Origin: Chloroflexota bacterium
GTDB taxonomy: Bacteria > Chloroflexota > Anaerolineae > Aggregatilineales > Phototrophicaceae
Direction of reading: 5' to 3'
Assembly: GCA_026706455.1 (NCBI GenBank)
Contig: JAPOYS010000030.1
Location: forward strand, 4,860 to 68,859
Length of the DNA stretch: 64,000 nt
In this document: in pieces, positions 9,311 through 21,298 of the stretch
How positions within the stretch are numbered: the first letter of the stretch is position 1
Layout: each line of letters opens with the position of its first letter
Notes under the pieces: model-generated
Databases searched by the model: none
The model's input: the letters and a program-made list of their open reading frames with translations, nothing else
What the model was told of the DNA's origin: nothing
Program-made: the position numbers and the translations under genes

Positions 9311-10519
9311 CTAGCTTTCCGATTCGTCAATATCGGCCATAAGGCGCAAGAGCTGGCGGATCTCAGCTTCAATAAGTTTGCGTATCTTGGGCCGATTGAG
9401 GGAGTCTACCGAATTGATCTCCTTGCGAAGCTTGTTGCGCCATTGGGTCGCGTCGGCGGCGAGACGAGCGAGCGCATCCTTTTTGCGTTGCTCCCTTCTT
9501 ACCGTTACACGTGTAACGCTATCTAGGGAGGCTTTCATCTTGCGAAGCTCGCCTTCGCTCAAGTCTTCATCATCGCCCTTGCGCCAGAGCTCGCCCGGCA
9601 GCCGCAAGAGTGCCCGATACTGACGGAGCTGACCGGCGTCCGAGAGCCCCATGGCATTGACAAGACGTTCGCCTTGGCCGCGCGGGATGCGCCAAGTGGC
9701 GCCATCCGCAACTTGAGCGTAAAAGGATTGTTCGCTTTCGCAGGCGTCCAGCCGGCTGAAGTTGCTCCAGCCGTGCAGGTCCATCAGCAAAAGCGCAAGT
9801 TGACGAGCGCGACTGATGGCGTTGAGGTTGTCGCGCGCGTTGTTCTCGCTCGCTTGTCGCCAAACATCGACCTGCGTCACGATACGCGCCGGGATGCGCG
9901 ACCAATTGACGATGCTGCCGTCCGTGAGTTTATCGCCGTCGCCAAACTTCCAATTGAGGATGTGATAAGCCAGCCAGCGCCGTTCGCCCGTCTCGATTTC
10001 GTAATGCTGGTCGTGCTGCACCAGGCTGATGGGGTTGGAAAGCCCGTCTCGCCGGATGCTTGCTGCCAGATCGATCAGTTTCATGAGCGCGAGTTCTTTG
10101 GCGGAAGGAAGGTGGCTGGCTGGAGCGCCATCGCCATCATCAGTCTCGGCACGTTCTCCGCGGTCGGTGACGGCGCCGAGCAGGAAGTTCAGAATGTCGT
10201 AATCCGTCTGCCCCCGTTCGAGTTGAACCTCCATAATCCAGCGCTCGAATATATCAACGATATTCTTGGGATGCAGGGCAAATATCTCGGCGATGTCGTG
10301 GGGAATGCTGTAGCGAGGCTGCACGGAATTCGGGTGGATCTCCTGAATGCTGACCGCTTCAATCGGCTGAAACGCGCTGTCCGCGGCCGCGATTTCAGCC
10401 GCCAATTCTCCCAAGCCGAAGCCGATAGCGTCAGCCGTTTTGGGATCGAGCGTGTTCGGATTGGCAAAGAGCAGATTTTCTTCGTCCTGGATTTTGCGCC
10501 GGCGCTCACGACTGCTCAT
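9311..10519 (-). CDS. parB: ParB/Spo0J-like partition protein (ParB N-terminal domain)
   Basis: Has [25 protein letters not shown] (ParB box with GERR). Its start overlaps the parA stop by 14 nt. Confidence 0.75.
   Translation of the reverse strand: MSSRERRRKIQDEENLLFANPNTLDPKTADAIGFGLGELAAEIAAADSAFQPIEAVSIQEIHPNSVQPRYSIPHDIAEIFALHPKNIVDIFERWIMEVQLERGQTDYDILNFLLGAVTDRGERAETDDGDGAPASHLPSAKELALMKLIDLAASIRRDGLSNPISLVQHDQHYEIETGERRWLAYHILNWKFGDGDKLTDGSIVNWSRIPARIVTQVDVWRQASENNARDNLNAISRARQLALLLMDLHGWSNFSRLDACESEQSFYAQVADGATWRIPRGQGERLVNAMGLSDAGQLRQYRALLRLPGELWRKGDDEDLSEGELRKMKASLDSVTRVTVRREQRKKDALARLAADATQWRNKLRKEINSVDSLNRPKIRKLIEAEIRQLLRLMADIDESES
9500..9521. promoter_or_regulatory. parS-like palindromic site B (inside the parB 3' coding region)
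   Basis: TACCGTTACACGTGTAACGCTA has a perfect 16-bp palindromic core, CGTTACACGTGTAACG. It encodes the ...VTRVTV... segment about 70 codons before the parB stop. Confidence 0.5.
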
Positions 10520-11303
10520 AGATTCGCTCCTCCAACTGCTCCACCAGCCGCCAGGCGTCCTCGGCGGTGCTGCTGCCGGGCGCCAGCGAAAAGACAGTGC
10601 GGCGCGCGCTGGCTACTTCCGTCCAGATCGTTCGCACCGGCAGCGGCTTCCAGACGAGGCTGCCAAAGGTGTCCTGCAAGCGGCGCAGATTGTCTTGATG
10701 TTCCAGGGTCCGGCCCCGGTACATCGTCGGCACGACGCCGAGCACCTTAATATCATTCAGATTGTATTGCTGCCGAATCGGGCTGAACTGGTCCTTATGC
10801 GTGAGACTCTCGCGCAGGCCATCGAAGCTCCAGGCTTCACATTTTGTCGGATAGATGATCCCGTCAGTCGCCATATATATCGACGAATGAAGCAATGATG
10901 GAGTTGGCGATGTGTCGAAGAAAACAAAATCGATCGCGTTGCGCAATTGATTAAACCGTTTTAAGACCGTGAACGCATCCGATATATTGCCGGCGATGCT
11001 GCGCGTCTCAATGTTTGAGGGCACGATCAGCAGCTGGCCGTCCGTGTTATCGGCTTCGTCCGGAACGTTAAAGCGCTCAGGCGCGACCGGGCGCAGCACC
11101 TGCTGAAAGGGCGCGTTGCGCACAATGAGATCGTAGAAGCCCGGCTCCTTCAAGAGGCCGAAGGCGATGGTGGCGTGTCCCTGGGGATCGGCGTCGACCA
11201 GGATGACGCGCTTGCCGCGTATGGCTAAACCGGCCGCCAGATGCGTCGCCAGGGTAGTCTTGCCTACCCCGCCTTTTTCGTTCAGGAGGGTGATTATCTT
11301 CAT
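10506..11303 (-). CDS. parA: ParA family partition ATPase
   Basis: Has [17 protein letters not shown], the deviant Walker A, and VDADPQG. Confidence 0.9.
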   Translation of the reverse strand: MKIITLLNEKGGVGKTTLATHLAAGLAIRGKRVILVDADPQGHATIAFGLLKEPGFYDLIVRNAPFQQVLRPVAPERFNVPDEADNTDGQLLIVPSNIETRSIAGNISDAFTVLKRFNQLRNAIDFVFFDTSPTPSLLHSSIYMATDGIIYPTKCEAWSFDGLRESLTHKDQFSPIRQQYNLNDIKVLGVVPTMYRGRTLEHQDNLRRLQDTFGSLVWKPLPVRTIWTEVASARRTVFSLAPGSSTAEDAWRLVEQLEERIYEQS

Positions 11304-11313
11304 GATGAACTGC

Positions 11314-11613
11314 CTATTCCCGCGCGTATGCCCGGGCTACGGAATAACGGTAGCCGGTGACGCCGTTATGGAAGGTGTGAAGGCTGCGATGGAAAACGCC
11401 TTCATCCACGAGGGCGTCCATCATATCGATAAGATGCGGAGTCTTTTTCCGATTGAGCCGGTTGACGATTTCCGTGCGCGTTAGAGGGCGCTCGCTTTGT
11501 GCGACGATGTCGATCATCAACTGCCGTGTTTCGGAACGAGGGCGATGATCCTGAGACATAAGCAGATCGGCTCCGTCTTTGGACAGTATAGATACAATAT
11601 ATTTATAGCGCAT
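11314..11613 (-). CDS. small winged-helix-like DNA-binding protein, first gene of the parAB operon
   Basis: The ORF is 99 aa. ...[33 protein letters not shown]... resembles a wHTH recognition region. It lies 10 nt upstream of parA; an alternative start is M19 (11559). Confidence 0.4.
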   Translation of the reverse strand: MRYKYIVSILSKDGADLLMSQDHRPRSETRQLMIDIVAQSERPLTRTEIVNRLNRKKTPHLIDMMDALVDEGVFHRSLHTFHNGVTGYRYSVARAYARE

Positions 11614-11728
11614 CTAGGCGCTTTCCGCAAGAGGCAAGTCAGAATCTCAAGGAAGAAAGAATATGCCGGAATATTACAAGATCAGACTAGCCGGGACCGA
11701 GTCCAAGGGCTGACAACCATCGTATAAA

Positions 11729-11746
11729 ATAGAACAAATATTCTAT
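11729..11746. promoter_or_regulatory. AT-rich palindrome ATAGAA-N6-TTCTAT in a divergent promoter region
   Basis: ATAGAACAAATATTCTAT sits in the 243-bp gap between the wHTH-parAB operon (-) and the helicase operon (+). Confidence 0.3.
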
Positions 11747-11856
11747 TATCTCTCATATAGACTCGATGCGCCAAGAGAGTATATCGCAGTCGCTTCGCTG
11801 TGACCATATAATCGTTAGCCAAGGCTATTGTGAAAGGATGAAGCAGCCTGAGCGAC

Positions 11857-13963
<2,107 letters not shown>

Positions 13964-13971
<8 letters not shown>

Positions 13972-16207
13972 GCCGCGGCCAAAACAGCTAGCGGTGCTGG
14001 CTTATCGGAGCGGCTATATGGGCGTGGCGGCTGTGCCCGGCAGCGGCAAGACAGCCACGCTCTCGTATCTAACGGCGCAACTCCTGGCGGAAACCGAACT
14101 GGAAGAGAGCCAAGAAATCCTGATCGTCACGCTGGTGAATTCGGCGGTGGCGAACTTTGCGCGCCAAGTGAATGAATATGTCAAGGCGAACGGCCTGCTG
14201 CCGGGCTATGGCTACCGTGTGCGCACTTTGCACGGATTGGCGAATGACATCGTCCGCGGCAAACCCAGCGCGGCCGGCTTGGACGATCAGTTCAGCATCG
14301 TGGACGAGCGCGAGAGCAACGCCATCCTGGCGGAAGCGGTCGATGCCTGGGTTCGGCGCAATCCGGAAGCGCCCGCCGCCTATCTCGCGCCGCAGTATGC
14401 CGAAAACGGTCACTATCGGACGCAAAAGTGGGCGGAGAGCCTGACGGAGACGGCGCGCAGTTTCATTCGGCAAGCCAAAGACGACTTGCTGACATCGCGC
14501 GCTGTGCTTGAATTGCTCGCGCAAAACGGAGGCGATCTGTCCTTGGCCGAGTTTTGCGCCGAAATCTACAGCGATTACGAGCGCGCCTTGGCTTATCGCG
14601 GGGCGGTTGATTTTCAAGATCTGATCCGACTGGCTTTGCAAGTCTTGCGCGACGAGACGGCCTATTTGGAATCGCTGCGGCGCAAATGGCTTTACATCCT
14701 CGAGGATGAAGCGCAAGACAGCTCGCGGCTGCAGGAAGATATTCTGCAGCTGCTGGCGGGACCCGACGGCAATTGGGCGCGCGTTGGCGATCCCAATCAA
14801 GCCATATTTGAGACATTCACTACCGCTGATCCCAAGTACCTGCGCGCCTTCATCGAATCGGACGGGGTCGATGGGCGCGAGCTGCCCAACTCGGGGCGCA
14901 GCACGCGCAGCATCCAGACGCTTGCCAATCGGCTGATCGACTGGTCGCTGGCGCATCCGCAGGAGTCGATCCGCGCGCGCAAGCCGCTGAGCAAACCCTA
15001 TATTCAGCCGACGCCGGCTGGTGATCCGCAGCCAAATCCGCTGGACGACCCGGCCGCCCTCGTCTTGGTTGGCGAAGCCTACAGCGCCACCAAAGAAGGC
15101 ATGATGGTAACCGAATCCTGCAAGCGCTGGCTGGCGCAAAACCCGTACGGGACGGCCGCCATCCTGGTTGCGCGCAATACGCGCGGCTCGGAGATCGTCA
15201 AGTTCTTGCGCCAGAAAGGCGTGCCTTACGTCGAGAATCTCAACAGCAGCTCGTCGACGCGAGCGGTGATCGGGGCTCTCGCGCGCGTGCTCGCCTATCT
15301 GGCTGACGCCAAAAGCGCCGGCAAGCTGGCGGAAGTCTATCGCGTGTGGCGGCGCGACGATCGCGATGATCCAGCGGACGCGGCCGAGATCAAAGCCGTC
15401 TCGGACTCGCTGAAAGGGCTTAAACGCGTGGAAGATTTAGTCGCGCCCCGCGGCGAGCACGACTGGCTCGAAGACGACGCCAATGACGAGAGCGGCGCCG
15501 GGCATTACGCCGACCTGCGCGCATTTCGTGAACGGGTCGGCATCTGGCTGCGCGCCGCCGAGATGCCCATCGACCAACTGGTCTTGACGATTGCGGCCGA
15601 TATATTCCGCGATATGGCCGAGCTCGCCACCGGGCAGATGGCAGCGCTGCATCTGGCGCGCCTGGGCGAGTCCCATCCGCTGATGCGCCTGCCCGAATTC
15701 GCCGCCGAGCTCTACGATATCGCCGCTAACCGGCGCCGCTTCACTGGTCTAGGCGATGACGAGGGACAGTTCGACCCCGACGCGCACAAGGGAAAAGTGA
15801 CGGTGACCACGCTGCACAAAGCCAAGGGGCTCGAATGGGACCGCGTCTATCTGATCTCGGTCAACAATTATGACTTTCCCTCCGCCGAACCGCAGGACAG
15901 CTTCATCGGCGAGAGGTGGTACATTCGGGACAGCCTGAATATGTCGGCTGAGGCATTGGCGCAATTGGCTAGTCTTCAACAGGGTGGCGCCTACCACGAA
16001 GGTCTCGCCAGCCTGGAGGCGCGCTTTGATTACGCCGCCGAGCGCTTGCGCCTGCTCTTTGTCGGCATTACCCGCGCCCGTAAAGCGCTGACAATCACCT
16101 GGAACACCGGTAGAGGCACAGCGGCCGAAGCGACGCCCTTGATAGCGCTGCGCACATTCTGGGAGGAAGAGCGAAAGAAGGAGGCGGCGCGTGAGCCTCA
16201 GCGATGA
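13964..16207 (+). CDS. UvrD/Rep-family SF1A DNA helicase (AddA-like, lacks nuclease domain)
   Basis: Full motif set: PGSGKT, ILEDEAQDS, GDPNQAIF, LHKAKGLEWDRVYL, FVGITRARKAL. The protein ends about 35 aa after motif VI. Its start overlaps the upstream stop by 8 nt. Confidence 0.85.
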
Positions 16208-17018
16208 TTTCGCCTTCACACAAGGCAGCCTGGCTGATTACGCCGATTGCGCGCGCCGCTTCGAGCTGCGCTACATCATGCGCATGCGTTACCCGGCCTT
16301 CGAATCGCTTGATCCGCTGCAATTTGAGGCGCGCCTGCGTCAAGGCGCCCGCTTTCATAAGCTGGCGCAGCAGCATCTGCTGGGCGTGCCGGCTGAACTG
16401 CTCTCGCGCTCCCTGGCTGACGATGAGGAGTTGGCGCGCTGGTGGGCGAATTATCTGGCGCATGGCTTGACCAATCTGCCGGCGCAGCGGCACAGCGAGA
16501 TCACGCTGCAAACGCAACTGGGCGGCCATCGCCTGGTGGCGAAGTACGACTTGCTGGCGCTGGAGCCGGGCGGGGAAGCCGTCATCGTCGATTGGAAGAC
16601 GGGCGCGCGCGTCCCCTCGCAGTCACAATTGCGCGGACGCATGCAAACGACCGTCTATCGCTATGTGCTGTCGCGGGCCGGCGCCCATCTATATGGCGGC
16701 GCGTCTATTCCGCCGGAACGCATCCGCATGGATTATGTCTTTGTCGCGCAAGCGGGCCAGCGCCTGAGCTTGGACTACTCGGCGGCGCAGATGCGCGCGG
16801 ATGAAGCGTTTCTCTCAGAGATGATCGCCGAGATTGAAGGCGCTCATGACTTTCCGCTTACAGACGATGAGAGGCGCTGCCGCTTCTGCAGTTACCGCTC
16901 GCTTTGCGATCGGGGCGAGCCCGGCTCGCTGGAAGATTTCGACTTTGATGAAATGGAAGACGGAGACGACGATGTCTTCGCAGTAGACTTTGACCAGATC
17001 GCCGAAACTGAGTTTTAG
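16191..17018 (+). CDS. PD-(D/E)XK nuclease with Cas4/AddB-type 4-Cys Fe-S cluster
   Basis: Catalytic pattern YDLL...IVDWK and QTTVY (QxxxY). Four Cys are arranged as C20 plus CRFCSYRSLC at the C-terminus. The GTG start overlaps the helicase stop by 17 nt. Confidence 0.8.
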   Translation: MSLSDDFAFTQGSLADYADCARRFELRYIMRMRYPAFESLDPLQFEARLRQGARFHKLAQQHLLGVPAELLSRSLADDEELARWWANYLAHGLTNLPAQRHSEITLQTQLGGHRLVAKYDLLALEPGGEAVIVDWKTGARVPSQSQLRGRMQTTVYRYVLSRAGAHLYGGASIPPERIRMDYVFVAQAGQRLSLDYSAAQMRADEAFLSEMIAEIEGAHDFPLTDDERRCRFCSYRSLCDRGEPGSLEDFDFDEMEDGDDDVFAVDFDQIAETEF

Positions 17019-17035
17019 CTGAAAGGCAAGAGATT

Positions 17036-18229
17036 ATGAAAATCGAGCGCGTCCGCGCCCTGCACGTAAGCGCCGAATGGGATTATCACGAGCCGCTGGG
17101 CGAAGCCCACTTGTCCCGCCCGGCGAGCATCTACCCAGAACTGGCGGCTGACCCGCCCTGGCCCCTCGACACGTCCAACGGACCGCCCTACACCGTCGAC
17201 GCGCATTTCCTGCTTATCGACAGCGATGATGGCGCGACCGGCGTCTGCGGTCCCGTCGGCGACGAAGACATCGCCATCATCAAGCGCTATTTCGCCGACC
17301 TGCTCATCGGTGAAGATCCGCACGCGGTCGAACGCATCTGGGACAAGATGTACCGCCACTCGATACACGGGCGCAAAGGAACACCGATGCTGGCGCTGAG
17401 CAAGGTCGATCTGGCGCTTTGGGACCTCAAGGGCAAGCTCCTGAACGCGCCGGTCTACCAGTTGCTCGGCGGTCCGACGCGTTCGAAGATCCGCGCCTAT
17501 GCATCGATGCTGGGCTACTCGGTCGAGCCGAACAAGGTGATCGAACGGACGCGGCATTTCCTGGCGCAGGGCTTCACCGCCTTCAAATGGTTCCTGCCTT
17601 GCGCGCCCAAAGACGGCGAGCCGGGCATCCGCAAGAATCTGGCCCTTATCCGCGCGGCGCGCGCGGCGGCCGGCCCCGATTGCGATCTCATGTTCGACGC
17701 CTGGAGCAGTTGGAATGTGCCTTATACCTTGCGCATGGTCGAGCTATCGCGCGAGTATCGCCCCTACTGGTTTGAAGAGGCGGTGCTGGCTGATCTTATC
17801 CCGCAGTATGCCGAGCTGCGCAAATCGGCGCGCGGCGTCTTCATCACGGGCGGCGAGCACGAATATACGCGCTGGGGCATAAAGGCGCTGCTGGACGCGC
17901 GCGCGGTCGATGTCTTGCAAGCCGATGTGACCTGGGCCGGCGGCCTCAGCGAGATGACGAAGATCTGCGCCCTGGCCTCCGCCTACGACATTCCGGTGAT
18001 TCCGCACCACGGCGGCTGGCCCTCCACCCATCTAATCGCATCGCAAACCCCCACGACTTGCCCGATGCAAGAGTGGCTCTTCCAGATCGGCCGCATGACC
18101 AATGTCTTTTACCGGCACAAGCTCGTGCCGCTCGACGGGCATATCAACGTACCGAACGCGCCCGGCTTGAATATGGACCTGGCCGACGAGGGCTTGACCG
18201 TGCTCGACGAACGGACGCTGGCGGGCTGA
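17036..18229 (+). CDS. enolase-superfamily (mandelate racemase/muconate lactonizing enzyme family) acid-sugar dehydratase-like protein
   Basis: Has KVDLALWDLKGK, DAWSSW, and EEAV...GGEHE metal and acid-base residues. Confidence 0.8.
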   Translation: MKIERVRALHVSAEWDYHEPLGEAHLSRPASIYPELAADPPWPLDTSNGPPYTVDAHFLLIDSDDGATGVCGPVGDEDIAIIKRYFADLLIGEDPHAVERIWDKMYRHSIHGRKGTPMLALSKVDLALWDLKGKLLNAPVYQLLGGPTRSKIRAYASMLGYSVEPNKVIERTRHFLAQGFTAFKWFLPCAPKDGEPGIRKNLALIRAARAAAGPDCDLMFDAWSSWNVPYTLRMVELSREYRPYWFEEAVLADLIPQYAELRKSARGVFITGGEHEYTRWGIKALLDARAVDVLQADVTWAGGLSEMTKICALASAYDIPVIPHHGGWPSTHLIASQTPTTCPMQEWLFQIGRMTNVFYRHKLVPLDGHINVPNAPGLNMDLADEGLTVLDERTLAG

Positions 18230-20541
18230 TGGCGCAGCCGGGGCGCCCACGCCGCGAATGGCTCGAACCGGCGCCGATAGAGATACCGAATGCGCTATCG
18301 GCCGCCCTCGGCGGGCATATCCTGGTGGCGCAGTATCTGGCGCGTAAAGGCCTCACGACGGTCGCCGCGGCCGAGCGCTTCCTCTCGGCTGATAAGTACG
18401 CGCCCGCATCGCCGGCCGAACTGCCCGATATCGAGCCGGCTCTGGAGCGCCTTGAGCGCGCGATCGACGAGCGCGAACGCATCCTCATCTGGGGCGACTT
18501 TGATGTTGATGGGCAGACATCGACCGCGCTGCTCTTTTCGGCTTTGCAGGGGTCGGGCGCGCGCGTCGCTCACCATGTGCCGAATCGATTCAGCGAAGGG
18601 CACGGCATCCATTTGCCGACCTTGCAGCGTCGCCTGGATGAGGGCGTCGATCTGCTGCTGACTTGCGACACCGGCGTCTCCGCCCACGATGCGATTGAAA
18701 CCGCCGCCAGCCGCGGAGTCGATGCGATCATCACCGATCATCACGCGCTGCCGCAGGCGCTGCCAGCGGCGGTTGCCGTCATCAATCCGCGCCGATTGCC
18801 CGCGGGGCATCCGCTGCGCGAGCTGCCCGGCGTTGGCGTCGCCCACAAGCTGATGGAGGCGCTGATTGGCAGCGATGCCTGCGAGCCGCTGCTAGACCTG
18901 GTGGCGCTTGGCATCGTGGCTGATGTCGCGCTGCAGGTGGACGACACGCGTTATCTGCTGCAGCGGGGCTTGGAGAAACTGCGCGAGAATCAGCGCCCTG
19001 GCTTGCGGGCGATACTGGAGCGAGCCGAGGTTCCGGCGGCGGCGCTGAACGAGGGGCATATCGGCTTTGATATTGCGCCGCGCTTGAACGCGCTCGGGCG
19101 GCTGGCTGACGCCAATCCGGCGGTAGAGCTGCTGACCACAAGCGATTGGGCGCGGGCGCGCATCCTGGCCAACACGCTGGAAAGCTGCAACGCGCGCCGC
19201 AAATTCCTGTCGAATCAGGTGTATGAATCGGCGCTTGCCCAGATCGAAAGCCAGCCCTGGCTGCTGGATTACGCCGCGCTGGTGCTCAGCAATGAGGAGT
19301 GGCACAGCGGCGTCATCGGCATCGTGGCCAGTCGGTTGGTGGAGGAGTTCGGCTTGCCGGTTGCGCTCATCGCGGCGCCCGATGAGACGGGCCGCGGCTC
19401 GGCGCGCTCGGTCGAGGGCGTCGATATCACCACCGCTCTGGGGATGACGGCTCCCATCCTCACGCGCTATGGCGGGCACAGCATGGCGGCTGGTTTCAGC
19501 TTGCCGGCCGCGGACATTTACCAGTTTCGGCGGGCGCTTTCGCGTGCCCTGCGCGAGCTGGCCGGCGGCGCCCCGGCCAGCCCAGCGCTCGCCATCGACG
19601 GCTATCTCGAGCTAGTCGACCTGTCGCTGGATTTAACGGCTGACCTCGAGCGCCTGGCGCCCTTTGGCAAAGGCAATCCTCCATTGACCCTGGCGACGCG
19701 AAACCTAGGAGTGGCGAGCCGCAAAGGTCTCGGGCGGCGCGGCGAGCATCTACAAGTTGAGGTGGAAGATGAGGCCGGCGGGCGACAGCGCGTGATCTGG
19801 TGGCGCGGCGCGGGCGCTGACTTGCCAAGCGGTCGCTTCGACCTCGCCTATACGCTGCGCGCGAGCAGTTACCGGGGCCGGCGAGAAACGCTCGTCGAGT
19901 GGCTGGACTTTCGTCCGATCGACTCGGCGCCGATTGATCTTGCTGAGGCCGAGCCCATATATGAGTTGCATGACTACCGGCAAGAGCCGGCGTCATTGGA
20001 TCTGCTGGCGCGCGCGCGCAATCAGTATCCGGCGGCGACCATTTGGTCGGAAGGGGCAAAGCTGGCGGGCGCGGCCGACCGTCTAGGGTTGGAGGCGAGC
20101 GAAACGCTGATCGTCTGCAGCGCGCCGCCCTCAGCTGAGATTTGGTCGGCGGCTTTGGCGACCGTCAATCCGAGCCGGCTTATACTCTTTGGAGAACGCG
20201 CTCGACGGGAGAAAGCGAAGGACTTTCTGGAGCGCTTGGCTTCGCTAGTCAAATACGCGGTAAATCAGAAGGGCGGGGTCCTCAGCCTGGACGCCTTAGC
20301 GGCGGCGATGGGCGAGCGCGAGCGCAGCGTCCAAGTCGGATTGCAAGTGCTGCGCGCGCTGGGTAAACTCGATTATCAGGTGGGGGCGAGCGGCGAGTGC
20401 CGGCTTGAGTGGGCGGATAAGGCGCCGAGCGACCAGCTGGAAGCGCTGCAAAAGCGGTTGAGCCTGCTGCTGCGTGAGACGCGCGCCTACCGCAACTATT
20501 GGCTGACGATGAAGATTCAGGATGAAGCGCATGACATTTGA
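18229..20541 (+). CDS. recJ: single-stranded-DNA-specific exonuclease RecJ
   Basis: DHH motifs GDFDVDG, LLLTCDTG and ITDHHAL, plus the DHHA1 region. ATG 18229 overlaps the upstream TGA (TGATG). The track extension to 18058 overlaps the enolase-family gene. Confidence 0.9.
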   Translation: MAQPGRPRREWLEPAPIEIPNALSAALGGHILVAQYLARKGLTTVAAAERFLSADKYAPASPAELPDIEPALERLERAIDERERILIWGDFDVDGQTSTALLFSALQGSGARVAHHVPNRFSEGHGIHLPTLQRRLDEGVDLLLTCDTGVSAHDAIETAASRGVDAIITDHHALPQALPAAVAVINPRRLPAGHPLRELPGVGVAHKLMEALIGSDACEPLLDLVALGIVADVALQVDDTRYLLQRGLEKLRENQRPGLRAILERAEVPAAALNEGHIGFDIAPRLNALGRLADANPAVELLTTSDWARARILANTLESCNARRKFLSNQVYESALAQIESQPWLLDYAALVLSNEEWHSGVIGIVASRLVEEFGLPVALIAAPDETGRGSARSVEGVDITTALGMTAPILTRYGGHSMAAGFSLPAADIYQFRRALSRALRELAGGAPASPALAIDGYLELVDLSLDLTADLERLAPFGKGNPPLTLATRNLGVASRKGLGRRGEHLQVEVEDEAGGRQRVIWWRGAGADLPSGRFDLAYTLRASSYRGRRETLVEWLDFRPIDSAPIDLAEAEPIYELHDYRQEPASLDLLARARNQYPAATIWSEGAKLAGAADRLGLEASETLIVCSAPPSAEIWSAALATVNPSRLILFGERARREKAKDFLERLASLVKYAVNQKGGVLSLDALAAAMGERERSVQVGLQVLRALGKLDYQVGASGECRLEWADKAPSDQLEALQKRLSLLLRETRAYRNYWLTMKIQDEAHDI

Positions 20542-21295
20542 ACAATCGGTATCATGGTGGTGCATCGCAAGGGAAGGCGCCGACCTGGTCGACATGCTCG
20601 AGACTTGCAAAGCGATTGGCTACACGGCGATGGAACTCGTGCCCGTTGACCAGTTCCATTTGGTGCGCGATCAGGGCATGCGGATCGTGACCCATCAATT
20701 GCATGGTCCCATACCGGTCGGCATTAACAATCCGGCGAATTGGGACGATATCAAACGCCAGTCGGACGCCAGCCTCAAGCTGGCGCAGGAATGGGACATC
20801 CCCTTCCTGATCGCCTTCAGCGGCAACCGCGAGCCGAGCTTGGACGACGCGCGCGGCGCTGAAAACTCGATCATGCTGCTGGAGACGCTGGCGCGCGACG
20901 CTGAATCCGCTGGCATTGTCCTGCTGCTCGAATTGCTAAACAGCAAGGTGAATCATCCCGATTATCAATGCGACCGGACGGCTTGGGGCGTGCAGGTCGT
21001 TTCGGCGGTGAATTCAGCTAATGCGCGCCTGCTCTATGATATCTATCACATGCAGGTGATGGAGGGCGACGTCATCCAGACGATCCGCGATAACCACCAA
21101 TGGTTCGCGCATTATCACACGGCTGGCGTGCCCGGGCGCAACGAGATCGACGAGACGCAAGAACTGTACTATCCCGCTATATGCCGCGCGATCGCCGAGA
21201 CCGGCTTCACGGGTTATGTCGGGCAGGAATTCGTGCCCCTGGGCGATTGGAAGGCGGCGCTGCAACAAGCCTATGAGGCCTGCCATGTGGACTGA
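20522..21295 (+). CDS. hydroxypyruvate isomerase-like / xylose-isomerase-type TIM barrel protein
   Basis: LELLNSK...DIYHMQ...YHTAG...GQEF is typical of the family. An alternative start at 20531 exists; either start overlaps the recJ end. Confidence 0.7.
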   Translation: MKRMTFEQSVSWWCIAREGADLVDMLETCKAIGYTAMELVPVDQFHLVRDQGMRIVTHQLHGPIPVGINNPANWDDIKRQSDASLKLAQEWDIPFLIAFSGNREPSLDDARGAENSIMLLETLARDAESAGIVLLLELLNSKVNHPDYQCDRTAWGVQVVSAVNSANARLLYDIYHMQVMEGDVIQTIRDNHQWFAHYHTAGVPGRNEIDETQELYYPAICRAIAETGFTGYVGQEFVPLGDWKAALQQAYEACHVD

Positions 21296-21298
21296 CGC

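Noticed and set aside
14069-15139. A 356-aa minus-strand ORF antisense to the UvrD helicase gene. Similar long antisense ORFs occur at 221-787, 1893-2546, 11893-12612, 13267-13962, 17015-17557, 18295-19479, 36517-37272, 42301-42939, 48355-49428, 49655-50359, 51617-52435 and 54891-56162.
   Set aside because: These are shadow ORFs typical of high-GC DNA. Their Arg/Ala/Gly/Pro-rich translations have no motifs, and each fully overlaps a gene with strong family signatures on the other strand.
18058-18228. An upstream extension of the RecJ ORF (track start 18058).
   Set aside because: It overlaps the end of the enolase-family gene. The ATG at 18229 gives a TGATG stop/start junction and a normal RecJ N-terminus.
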